60,163 nucleotides of DNA from Pseudomonadota bacterium (lineage in GTDB: Bacteria > CALINM01): positions 1 through 60,163 of the forward strand of contig JAOAGA010000001.1 in assembly GCA_026415985.1 (NCBI GenBank), read 5' to 3'. Shown here in pieces: positions 18,978 through 27,715 of the stretch (its first letter is position 1; the number at the start of each line of letters is the position of its first letter). A program made the position numbers and the translations under genes. The notes under the pieces are model-generated. The model searched no databases, was not told the origin of the DNA, and saw only the letters and a program-made list of their open reading frames with translations.

Positions 18978-20813
18978 CTATGAAGATGTATTTTGATTTT
19001 CAGTTTTGCTATTTTTTTTTAAATATATCATCAAGAGAGAAAGGGCCGAAGGTGTAATTCCGGATATTCTTGATGCCTGTCCCAGGTTTGCAGGTTTTAT
19101 TTTACTGAGTTTTTCTCTCAGTTCGAGTGATATTCCTGAGATATTATAATCAAAATATTCGGGTATCCTGATATTTTCTAAATTTCTAAATTTTTCCAGA
19201 TCTCTTTTCTGCCTTTCTAAATATCCTTCATATCTGACCTCTACTGTTACATAGTTTAAGACATTTTCAGGCAGATCTTTGGTAAGCTCAGGAAAGTCTG
19301 AAAGGGTCTTATCTCCTCTTTTTATCAGTGTATCGAGTGTAGTAGTCTCGTTATTTATCTCATCTCTAACCTTTGTTTTTAGAATACGCTCTTTTAATTC
19401 ATTAGCTATTTCAAGCTCTTTTTTTATTTCATCCATTCTTGTTTCAGATATAAGTCCGATCTTGAAAGCCTTTTCAGAAAGTCTGTAATAGACATTGTCT
19501 TCCCTTAAAAAAAGCCGGTATTCTGCCCTTGAGGTAAAAATTCTGTAAGGTTCATCCGTTCCTTTTGTGACCAAATCATCTATCATAACACCTATATAAG
19601 ACTCTGTTCTGTCAAGAATAAGGGGGTCTTTGCCAAGAACTTTTAATCCAGCATTGATACCCGCAATTATTCCCTGTCCACCTGCTTCTTCATAGCCCGT
19701 TGTGCCGTTTATCTGTCCCGCAAAATAGAGATTTTCAATAATTTTTGATTCAAGGGTTGGCTTTAGCTGATGGGGTAATACATAATCATACTCAATGGCA
19801 TAGGCAGGTCTTAATATGACAACATTCTCTAATCCCGCAGGTGATCTGAAAATCTTTTCCTGTATCTCCGGTGGCATACTATTTCCTAAACCTGACACAT
19901 ATATTTCATCAGTGTCGGTTCCTTCCGGCTCAAGTATAACCTGATGTCTTTCTTTATCTCTGAACTTAACTACCTTATCTTCAAGAGAGGGACAGTATCT
20001 CACAGGTGTTCCGGTGATATAGCCTCCGTAGAGGGCAGATTTATCAAGGTTATCCAAAATGAGACTGTGGGTTTCTTCATTTGTGTAAGTTACATAGCAG
20101 GGGTATTCATTATATTCCAGACCTTTTGTATGACAGGAGAAATATCTTGGTTTACCATCTCCGGGTCTTATTTCTAACTTTGAAAAGTCTATGGAAGATC
20201 TTTTAAACCTTGGACCAGTGCCTGTTTTGAATCTGCCTAACTCAAATCCCAGGTCTTTCAGAGATACGGATAAGTCATTGGCAGGAAACTCACCTGCTCT
20301 GCCCGCAGGAAAGGTTTTATTCCCGATATGTATAAGTCCACCCAGAAAGGTCCCCGCAGTAATTATTACCGCCTTACCAAAAAATCTAAAACCGAAATTA
20401 TCTTCAAGGATAACTCCTTTTCCGTTTGGTATTATTTTTGTTATTAGCGCCTGCCTTATGTAGAGATTAGGTTGGTTCTCGATAAACTTTTTCATAATAA
20501 GGCTATATTTTAGTTTGTCAACCTGAGCCCTTGTAGAATGAACCGCAAGTCCTTTCGAGGTGTTCAGTGTTTTGAATTGAATGGCTGACAGGTCTGTGAC
20601 ATAACCCATCATGCCCCCCAAGGCATCAATCTCACGAACTATGTGACCTTTCCCGACACCTCCTACCGCAGGTGCACAGGGCATATGGGCGATTCGATCA
20701 AGGTTTATTGTGATGATAAGTGTTTTTAGACCCATTCTGCTAACAGCAAAGCCTGCTTCACATCCTGCGTGCCCCGCACCTATAACAATTACATCAAAGA
20801 AGTTCCCTCTGAT
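18978..20813 (-). CDS. mnmG: tRNA uridine-5-carboxymethylaminomethyl modification enzyme MnmG (GidA)
   Basis: The track ORF (ATG 20735) lacks the FAD motif. The same frame upstream encodes FDVIVIGAGHAGCEAG. The 5' end is set at ATC 20813-20811, preceded by AGGGGG. The family call is certain; the start codon is not (see findings). Confidence 0.85.
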   Translation of the reverse strand: MRGNFFDVIVIGAGHAGCEAGFAVSRMGLKTLIITINLDRIAHMPCAPAVGGVGKGHIVREIDALGGMMGYVTDLSAIQFKTLNTSKGLAVHSTRAQVDKLKYSLIMKKFIENQPNLYIRQALITKIIPNGKGVILEDNFGFRFFGKAVIITAGTFLGGLIHIGNKTFPAGRAGEFPANDLSVSLKDLGFELGRFKTGTGPRFKRSSIDFSKLEIRPGDGKPRYFSCHTKGLEYNEYPCYVTYTNEETHSLILDNLDKSALYGGYITGTPVRYCPSLEDKVVKFRDKERHQVILEPEGTDTDEIYVSGLGNSMPPEIQEKIFRSPAGLENVVILRPAYAIEYDYVLPHQLKPTLESKIIENLYFAGQINGTTGYEEAGGQGIIAGINAGLKVLGKDPLILDRTESYIGVMIDDLVTKGTDEPYRIFTSRAEYRLFLREDNVYYRLSEKAFKIGLISETRMDEIKKELEIANELKERILKTKVRDEINNETTTLDTLIKRGDKTLSDFPELTKDLPENVLNYVTVEVRYEGYLERQKRDLEKFRNLENIRIPEYFDYNISGISLELREKLSKIKPANLGQASRISGITPSALSLLMIYLKKNSKTENQNTSS

Positions 20814-20884
20814 TTTTACCCCCTGTATACTTACCCAGTTAGACGTTATTTAAAATTTCTTCTAAATTGAAGTCTGCTTGTTTC

Positions 20885-20913
20885 TTGTTAATATAATCAC
20901 TTTATTTTATAAT
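20885..20913 (+). promoter_or_regulatory. candidate sigma70-type promoter for the radical SAM-rimI-pyrKD run
   Basis: TTGTTA (20885-20890), a 17-nt spacer, then TATAAT (20908-20913), 20 nt upstream of ATG 20933. AT-rich context, so it could be a chance match. Confidence 0.35.
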
Positions 20914-20932
20914 AGTAATCGGGAAAATTGAA

Positions 20933-21844
20933 ATGAAAAATAGGCTATTTAGGGACCTTAACGGTTATCTGAAGGAAATATTCGGACAAAAGGTCTATAA
21001 GATAACAATTGACGCGGGTCTTAGCTGTCCTAACAGAGAAAATGGTTCAGGATGTATCTATTGTAACGACAGAGGATCAGGAACGGGATTATTCCGAGAA
21101 GGACTTTCTGTTAAGGAACAAATAGAGAGAGGCATAGAGGGGCTTAAAAGAAGATATAATAATGTCAATGCCTTTATTGCATACTTTCAATCCTATACAA
21201 ATACTTATGCTGATGTGAAGAGCCTTGAGAAGATATGGAGTAACGTAAGAGATTTCAGAGAAATAGTTGCTTTATCTGTAGGGACAAGACCAGACTGCGT
21301 TAATAAGGAAAATTTATCCTTATTAAATAGTTTCTCAGGGGATTACAAAATTTTTCTTGAGTTGGGTCTACAGTCAACTGATGAAAAAAACTTAAACTGG
21401 ATAAAAAGGGGACATAGTTTAGAAGATTTTGAAAAAGCCCTTGATATTGCAACTAATTTTAATTTTGATATTGTTGTCCATATAATTTTTGGATTTCCAA
21501 ATGACAATGTTCAGTCTGCCGTAGAGATGGCAAGATATCTTTCAAAAAGGCCTGTAAATGGTGTGAAGATTCATCTGCTTTATGTGTCAAAAAATGCCCC
21601 TTTAAAAAAGCTATATGAAGAAGGTCTTTATACACCCATTACAAGAGAGTTATATACAGATATGGTTGTGAGTTTTATATCCCATTTAAGAAGTGATATA
21701 GTTATCCATAGACTTACCGGTGATGCCCACAAAGGAGAGCTGATTGCACCACTCTGGTCTGCCGATAAAACCGGTATTCTTACGGAAATCAGGAATAAAC
21801 TTGTAGAAAAGGGGTTATTTCAGGGTAAGGAGATAAATATCTGA
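20933..21844 (+). CDS. TIGR01212-family radical SAM protein (YhcC-like, Elp3-related radical SAM domain)
   Basis: The cluster motif CPNRENGSGCIYCN near the N-terminus, and the approximately 300-aa length, are typical of TIGR01212. Confidence 0.8.
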   Translation: MKNRLFRDLNGYLKEIFGQKVYKITIDAGLSCPNRENGSGCIYCNDRGSGTGLFREGLSVKEQIERGIEGLKRRYNNVNAFIAYFQSYTNTYADVKSLEKIWSNVRDFREIVALSVGTRPDCVNKENLSLLNSFSGDYKIFLELGLQSTDEKNLNWIKRGHSLEDFEKALDIATNFNFDIVVHIIFGFPNDNVQSAVEMARYLSKRPVNGVKIHLLYVSKNAPLKKLYEEGLYTPITRELYTDMVVSFISHLRSDIVIHRLTGDAHKGELIAPLWSADKTGILTEIRNKLVEKGLFQGKEINI

Positions 21845-22284
21845 TGGAAATATCTGTAAGAATGGCTAAGCCAGAGGATATAGATGATATTGAAAGAATT
21901 GAAAAATTATCCTTCTCCACCCCCTGGTCAAGAAATCTCCTTTTAGAGGAGTTGTTTTTTCCTCTGGGGTTTAATATGGTTCTTTCCGTCGATGGATCTA
22001 TAGAAGGTTTTGTATTAAGCTGGTTAATTAATCCTGAGGTGCATATTCTCAATTTTGCCGTTTCTCCCGCTTACAGAAACAGGGGGTTGGGAAAAATTCT
22101 TATGGAGGCCTTTATAGGAGAGACGAAGAAAAATGGTGCTACAAAAATTACTTTAGAAGTGAGGGCTAAAAATGAAGGTGCCCTAAAGTTTTACAGGTCC
22201 TTTAATTTTACCGTGAAGGGGATAAGGAGACAATATTATCAGGACACGGGCGAGGATGCCATAATTATGTGGAAAGAGTTGTAG
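21844..22284 (+). CDS. rimI: GNAT acetyltransferase, RimI-type (ribosomal-protein-alanine N-acetyltransferase)
   Basis: STPWS, the acetyl-CoA motif RNRGLGKILME, LEVRAKNEGALKFYRSFNF...RRQYY. Its ATG overlaps the upstream stop by 1 nt. Confidence 0.8.
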   Translation: MEISVRMAKPEDIDDIERIEKLSFSTPWSRNLLLEELFFPLGFNMVLSVDGSIEGFVLSWLINPEVHILNFAVSPAYRNRGLGKILMEAFIGETKKNGATKITLEVRAKNEGALKFYRSFNFTVKGIRRQYYQDTGEDAIIMWKEL

Positions 22285-22293
22285 GAGGTAATC

Positions 22294-23046
22294 TTGAAAA
22301 GAATTAATGGGAAAATAATAGCAAGAAAGATCTTAGCAAAGGATATTTTTTTAATTTCAATAGAATTGGAAGAAGAATTTGGCAATTTTGGTCCGGGAAA
22401 CTTTATTATGCTTGGTATTAATGATTTTGAAAATATATTACCGAGACCCTTTAGTATCTACCATGCTGAAAATAAAAATATCAGATTAATAATAAAGACG
22501 GTAGGTTCTGTAACAGGAAAACTATTAAAATGCTCCTTACCCTATGAGGTATCTGTCTTAGGTCCTCTTGGCAACTCTTTTCCTTTAATTAAAGGTAACA
22601 ATTTAATAATATCAGGTGGTATCGGAATTGTGCCTCTTTTTGATTTAGTTAATAGGATAAACGTGGAATGTTTTTTTGCGGGCTTCAGAACGAAAGAGGA
22701 AATTTTTTTAGTTGAAAACATTAACAAAATCAGCAAGATCTATTTAAGTACAGATGATGGTTCCTTTGGTCATAAAGGCTTTATTACCGATTATTTGGAA
22801 GATTATCTTATTAAAAACAGGGATAGAGATTTTAATATTTTTGCCTGTGGTCCCCATCCTTTTCTTAAAAAGTTGTGGGATATCGGAAAGAGATTAGGTG
22901 TATCATCAATCTTTGCCTCTTTCGAGACCTATATGGCCTGTGGTTTTGGAGTCTGTTTGGGATGCACCGTTGAAACGCCAAAAGGTTTTGTCAAAGTTTG
23001 TAAAGATGGGCCAGTGTTCAATTTAAATGATATTTTTGGAGAATAA
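22294..23046 (+). CDS. pyrK: dihydroorotate dehydrogenase B electron-transfer subunit
   Basis: FAD motif RPFSI and C-terminal 2Fe-2S cysteines CGFGVCLGC...CKDGP. TTG start 5 nt after AGGAGG. Confidence 0.9.
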   Translation: MKRINGKIIARKILAKDIFLISIELEEEFGNFGPGNFIMLGINDFENILPRPFSIYHAENKNIRLIIKTVGSVTGKLLKCSLPYEVSVLGPLGNSFPLIKGNNLIISGGIGIVPLFDLVNRINVECFFAGFRTKEEIFLVENINKISKIYLSTDDGSFGHKGFITDYLEDYLIKNRDRDFNIFACGPHPFLKKLWDIGKRLGVSSIFASFETYMACGFGVCLGCTVETPKGFVKVCKDGPVFNLNDIFGE

Positions 23047-23047
23047 G

Positions 23048-23953
23048 ATGGATCTTTCTGTTAACTTAGGAAATATAACTCTAAAAAATCCTTTTATGCC
23101 GGCTTCAGGAACCTTTGGCTATGGCCTTGAGTTTGCAGAATTTGGTGATTTATCACAGTTAGGTGCCATAGTAACCAAGGGGATATCCCTTAATCCGAAA
23201 AAAGGAAACAAACCACCTCGTATTTGTGAGGTGAAAGGCGGTATGATTAACTCAATTGGTTTGGAAAACGTTGGCATAGATAACTTTCAGGAAAAACTCA
23301 AAAAACTGGAAGATCTGAATACATCTATAGTATGCAACTTCTTTGGTAATACCTTTGACGAATATATCTCTGTGGCAGAAAAACTGAGTTCTTTCAGGAG
23401 GGTTGATGTCTTGGAGGTAAATATCTCCTGTCCCAATGTTAAGGAAGGAGGTATATGTTTTGGAACAGACGAGAGAATGATCTCAGAACTTATCGGAGAG
23501 ATTAGAAAAGTAATAAAAAAACCTCTGTGGGTTAAGTTAACCCCCAATGTTTCTGATATCACTAAGATTGCCATAACAGCAGAGAAGGCTGGTGCTGATG
23601 CGCTTGTTGTGGCCAATACTTACACCGCCATGTCAGTTGATATTGCAAGCAGAAGACCAAAGATTAAAAATATTTATGGCGGAATGTCCGGTCCCGCTAT
23701 AAAGCCCTTGAGTTTATATAATGTCTTTAGATGTGTTAAGTCAGTTTCAATACCCGTTATCGGATGTGGTGGTATTACAGATATATCTTCAGCACTCGAG
23801 TTTTTAATTGTAGGTGCAAGGGCTGTTCAGGTCGGCACCGCTAATTTTATAAACCCTAAGATCTTATGGAACCTTATAGATGATCTGAATGGTTATCTCT
23901 CAAGGGAAAAGATAAGTCTAATGGAGTTAATCGGTTCATTAATTACTGAATAA
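23048..23953 (+). CDS. pyrD: dihydroorotate dehydrogenase B catalytic subunit
   Basis: NPFMPASGTFGYG, EVNISCPNV, GGMSGPAIKP, IGCGGI. ATG 23048 lies directly after the pyrK stop. Confidence 0.95.
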   Translation: MDLSVNLGNITLKNPFMPASGTFGYGLEFAEFGDLSQLGAIVTKGISLNPKKGNKPPRICEVKGGMINSIGLENVGIDNFQEKLKKLEDLNTSIVCNFFGNTFDEYISVAEKLSSFRRVDVLEVNISCPNVKEGGICFGTDERMISELIGEIRKVIKKPLWVKLTPNVSDITKIAITAEKAGADALVVANTYTAMSVDIASRRPKIKNIYGGMSGPAIKPLSLYNVFRCVKSVSIPVIGCGGITDISSALEFLIVGARAVQVGTANFINPKILWNLIDDLNGYLSREKISLMELIGSLITE

Positions 23954-23961
23954 ACTTAAAT

Positions 23962-24792
23962 ATGAGATTTTTAAAATATCTGAAATTTTCTAAAAAAGTT
24001 GTTATCAACCTTTTCAGGGACAACTGTTTTCATAATGCAGCTTCTATCGCCTATTTTTCGGTTTTATCTTTTATACCAATTACCTTTTTAATAACCTCTA
24101 TAGTTGGTTTTTTTGTGAGCTCCAATCTTATGGTATCAAAAAAGATTTTTGAGATTATAACTCCCTATCTGCCAAATATAAGTTTGGATATGTGGCTTAA
24201 ATTTACAGGATGGTTTACCAAACCGAGAACCGGTCTTAACATACTGAGTCTTATTATTCTTTTTTTTACCAGCACCCTGATATTTAGTTCCGTAGACAGG
24301 GCATTAAAAGATATTTTTAAAAAAAGTGGGATAAAGAGCAGGGGGTCCCTGGAGTCCCTTTTTATTTATTTCACAATGATAGTAATGCTGGCAGGCGCAG
24401 TATTTGTATATCTTAACATCGATGTTTTAATAATGTTTTTAAAAAAACTTTCGAGAAGGGAAGAGCTGATCTTCCTGAGACCTCTTTTAAGAAAGATAGA
24501 TATATTTATTCCATTAATAACATTGTTAATTCAGATACTTACACTTTTTTTTATATTTAATCTTTTTATTGGGAAGAGTGTAAAAAAGACTTATATCTTT
24601 TATGTATCAGCTTTCGTAGTTTTTATGTGGACTATTGCGATAAAGGTCTTTAGCTGGTATGTAAACTATGTTACAAACTATAATCTTATTTACGGGTCCA
24701 TGAGTGTATTTATAATCTTGATAAGCTGGTGTTTTTATGCTTCTCTGATTTTCTTGTTAGGCGGAGAGATTCTCAAGGAACTCTCGGAATGA
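23962..24792 (+). CDS. YihY/BrkB (ribonuclease BN-like) family membrane protein
   Basis: NAASIAYFSVLSFIP near the N-terminus, six predicted TM segments, and the LIFLLGGE C-terminal motif. Confidence 0.8.
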   Translation: MRFLKYLKFSKKVVINLFRDNCFHNAASIAYFSVLSFIPITFLITSIVGFFVSSNLMVSKKIFEIITPYLPNISLDMWLKFTGWFTKPRTGLNILSLIILFFTSTLIFSSVDRALKDIFKKSGIKSRGSLESLFIYFTMIVMLAGAVFVYLNIDVLIMFLKKLSRREELIFLRPLLRKIDIFIPLITLLIQILTLFFIFNLFIGKSVKKTYIFYVSAFVVFMWTIAIKVFSWYVNYVTNYNLIYGSMSVFIILISWCFYASLIFLLGGEILKELSE

Positions 24793-26375
24793 AAAAAGTC
24801 ATTTTTCTGCTGATTTTTATAAGCGCCGTTCTTTTTAATACCTTTGAGGTATATTCTCAGGATATCAGAAAAATTCCTTTAGAGAGCACCCCTGTTTTTA
24901 AGCTTGCTAAGGATATGGAAAGAAGATTAATTGATCTTTTTCCTCTGTTATATCTTGAAAATAAACTGGACTCTTTGGAGGAAGGACAAAAAGAGAGAGT
25001 TATCAGTATCATAAGGGAAAAAGATCTGGGAATGTGCTTTAATCTTGAAGATGAGGTATTAAATGATTTTTGCAGGTTCTATGTCTCAATTAATCTTCTG
25101 GGAGTAGATTCTGATTTTTCTGATAATTTGCATGATCCCTTTTTGTTAGATTTAGCTAAATTAGCCAAGGCAATATCACTTTTAAAAGAGGGAGAGTTTC
25201 AGAAATCTGAAGAGTTATTTAAGGATGTTACCGATAAATCTGCAATAATTTTTTTCAGGGATTTAAGTGTCTTTTTTCAGGCAAAAAGGATTGAGGATAT
25301 AGCGGGTTTGAAAAATATTAATCTGTTGGCTAAAAAAGCTGTGGTTTTTAAAATATTAGAGAAAGATACCTCCCTGTTAAATAATATCCTAAAGCCTTAT
25401 ATAGATGAAGATTTATATAATTATTTCACTGCAGTTAATTATTTTAAAAGCGGTAACTATGTTCAGGCGGGAGAATACTTTCTTCACTCAGCAAAGGAAA
25501 AAGAAATAAAAGAAGTAGCTTTGTATAATGCGGTTTATTCCTTCTTTCTTGCCCGTAATTTTAAAAATGCAGGTGCTTTGATACCATACCTGAGTAGTTA
25601 TGATAATAAAAAGTTTACATTGCTTCTATCGTTAACAAACAATAAAAAAGACCCTTTCAATTACGATGAATATGTAAATGACAGAGATTTCTGGTACCTG
25701 TTGCGAAATCTTGTCCGGTTTCAGATTGAGAGGGAAGGGAAGATAACCTTTTTAAAAAATATAAAAATGACAGATATTAAGCAAGATGAGGAACTCTTAT
25801 TCTTTTATTGTGTAAACCTCTTAATTATTGACAGATACAGTTTAGACAGTAGATGTAAAAATTATAAGTGGAACACTCAGGAATACGGGCTTTTTTTTAA
25901 AGATATCTCAGATAATGTTTTGAACAGAAGGGAAAATATCAGAATCATTGAAAATTACAGGCTTTTCAAATACTTTCCCTTCTCAAAATATTATGGTGAC
26001 TATCTTTTTAGAAATAATAACTATGAGATGGCAAAAAATATTTATGAGGAGATTATAAGAGAAGAGAGAAAATTAAGAAGCGACTTTTTGGTTGGTATTT
26101 ATTCCGGACTGTCAAAGATTTATAAAACAACCGGTAGTAGTTTTACTGCCAAGAAAATATTAGAGGAAGGAATAAACAGACTGGATGACAAAAAGGATAT
26201 TCTTTTCATTGATTTTATCAAGATATTGATTGAGGAGGAAAACTATGAGGAGGTTATTTGGAGAGCCAAGGCTTATTTAAATGATACAGAAAATGAAGAA
26301 ATAAAAAAAGAACTTCAAAAATTTATTGAAATATGTTATGAAAGATTAGATAAATTAAAGAAAAAGGAGAAATAA
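24789..26375 (+). CDS. hypothetical exported helical-repeat (TPR-like) protein
   Basis: Signal-like MKKVIFLLIFISAVLF from ATG 24789, which overlaps the yihY stop. Long helical, Tyr/Asn/Lys-rich repeats. No family recognised. Confidence 0.5.
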   Translation: MKKVIFLLIFISAVLFNTFEVYSQDIRKIPLESTPVFKLAKDMERRLIDLFPLLYLENKLDSLEEGQKERVISIIREKDLGMCFNLEDEVLNDFCRFYVSINLLGVDSDFSDNLHDPFLLDLAKLAKAISLLKEGEFQKSEELFKDVTDKSAIIFFRDLSVFFQAKRIEDIAGLKNINLLAKKAVVFKILEKDTSLLNNILKPYIDEDLYNYFTAVNYFKSGNYVQAGEYFLHSAKEKEIKEVALYNAVYSFFLARNFKNAGALIPYLSSYDNKKFTLLLSLTNNKKDPFNYDEYVNDRDFWYLLRNLVRFQIEREGKITFLKNIKMTDIKQDEELLFFYCVNLLIIDRYSLDSRCKNYKWNTQEYGLFFKDISDNVLNRRENIRIIENYRLFKYFPFSKYYGDYLFRNNNYEMAKNIYEEIIREERKLRSDFLVGIYSGLSKIYKTTGSSFTAKKILEEGINRLDDKKDILFIDFIKILIEEENYEEVIWRAKAYLNDTENEEIKKELQKFIEICYERLDKLKKKEK

Positions 26376-26989
26376 TGATACAGTTTTTTATCAAAGGCGG
26401 GGTTTTTATGTACCCCATACTATTATGTTCGGTCCTTTCGTTAGGGTTTTTTATATATAAACTAATTACTCTAAAAAGAGAAAAGGTAATACCATCAAAA
26501 TTAGTTGAAGAATCTGTTAAACTTTTTAAAGAGAAAAGGTTTGATGAGGTATACAGCTTAGCTACGAAAAATCCTTCCCCTCTGGCTAAGATACTGATGG
26601 TAATAGTTAAAAACATAGGACAAGGTAAAACCCATATAAAGGAGAGTGTTGAAGAGGTCGGGAGGATGGAAGTTATAGAGCTTGAAAGCTATGTTGATTA
26701 TATAGGGACAATAGCAGGTGTGGCAACGCTACTTGGGCTTTTAGGAACTATATCGGGGCTAATAAAAATATTTTCAATTATTGGGGTAGAACCGGTTGTG
26801 AATCCTGCAAAATTGGCGGGTGGTATATCGGAGGCACTTAACACAACAGCCTTTGGGCTGGTAGTTGCAATTCCAAGTGTTATCTTTCACAGATATCTGG
26901 ATTCAAAGGTAAATAAGCTTGTGGCTGAGATGGAGAGTATGGCAGTCACTTTAATTGACATTGCAGAGAGTGGGGAAAATGAACTTTAG
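26375..26989 (+). CDS. MotA/TolQ/ExbB proton-channel family protein
   Basis: Three TM segments and GLLGTISGLI...ISEALNTTAFGL, typical of ExbB/TolQ. Confidence 0.9.
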   Translation: MIQFFIKGGVFMYPILLCSVLSLGFFIYKLITLKREKVIPSKLVEESVKLFKEKRFDEVYSLATKNPSPLAKILMVIVKNIGQGKTHIKESVEEVGRMEVIELESYVDYIGTIAGVATLLGLLGTISGLIKIFSIIGVEPVVNPAKLAGGISEALNTTAFGLVVAIPSVIFHRYLDSKVNKLVAEMESMAVTLIDIAESGENEL

Positions 26990-27413
26990 GTTACAAAAAA
27001 AGAATAATAATTTCAGTTCTATAGATTTTACACCTATAGTTGATACGGTGTTTAATCTTATAATATTTTTTGCCCTCTCACTGAACTTCATCGGGACACC
27101 TGCGATTAAACTTAAACTGCCTCAGGCATCTTCAGAAGAGACGGTCAGAGAAAAGAATGAGATAAGAATCTATATAACAAAGGGTGTTCAGAAAGAAGGA
27201 TATACCTATGGTAACTTTATCATAGATGGGAATAATTTTTCCCTTGAGGATATAGAAAAGCTCATAAATCAGAGAGCTGTTAACAAGGAAACAATTGTAA
27301 TAATTCAGGCAGACGAGAGCGTTTCACAGGGAGAAGTGGTAAAAATTATGGATATGGCTAAGTCTGCAGGACTGGAAAGAATAGCCATTGCAACAAAACC
27401 TAAGGAAAAATGA
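26979..27413 (+). CDS. ExbD/TolR biopolymer transport protein
   Basis: IDFTPIVDTVFNLIIFF with a conserved Asp in the TM segment; periplasmic domain IQADESVSQGEVVKIMDMAKSAG. Confidence 0.9.
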   Translation: MNFRLQKKNNNFSSIDFTPIVDTVFNLIIFFALSLNFIGTPAIKLKLPQASSEETVREKNEIRIYITKGVQKEGYTYGNFIIDGNNFSLEDIEKLINQRAVNKETIVIIQADESVSQGEVVKIMDMAKSAGLERIAIATKPKEK

Positions 27414-27715
27414 ACAAAGTAAAAAAATATATAGTAAGACTTATCTTAACGGGAGTTATTTTTTATATAATGTATGATATTTATACAGGGCATTGGGGAT
27501 TGAGAAGTTATCTAAACTCAAGAGGCGAAAGGATCAGGCTTACGAAAGAATACAACAATCTTCTTGCAGAGAAGATGAAATATGAAAAAGATTTAGAGGA
27601 GATTAAGACAAATCCTCTTTTTATGGAAGAGCAAATCAAGATAAACCTCAAAAAGGGTAATAAGGGTGAGGTTTATTATCTTTTTTCTGAAAAAAATCAG
27701 AATAAGTCTAAATGA
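27410..27715 (+). CDS. ftsB: FtsB/DivIC-type septum formation initiator
   Basis: N-terminal TM segment, a coiled coil (LTKEYNNLLAEKMKYEKDLEEIK), then NPLFMEEQIKINL...GEVYY as in FtsB. Confidence 0.7.
   Translation: MNKVKKYIVRLILTGVIFYIMYDIYTGHWGLRSYLNSRGERIRLTKEYNNLLAEKMKYEKDLEEIKTNPLFMEEQIKINLKKGNKGEVYYLFSEKNQNKSK

Noticed and set aside
20814-20932. Possible oriC next to mnmG (gidA).
   Set aside because: The spacer is only 119 nt, I could see no DnaA-box (TTATCCACA-like) cluster, and no dnaA/dnaN is nearby.
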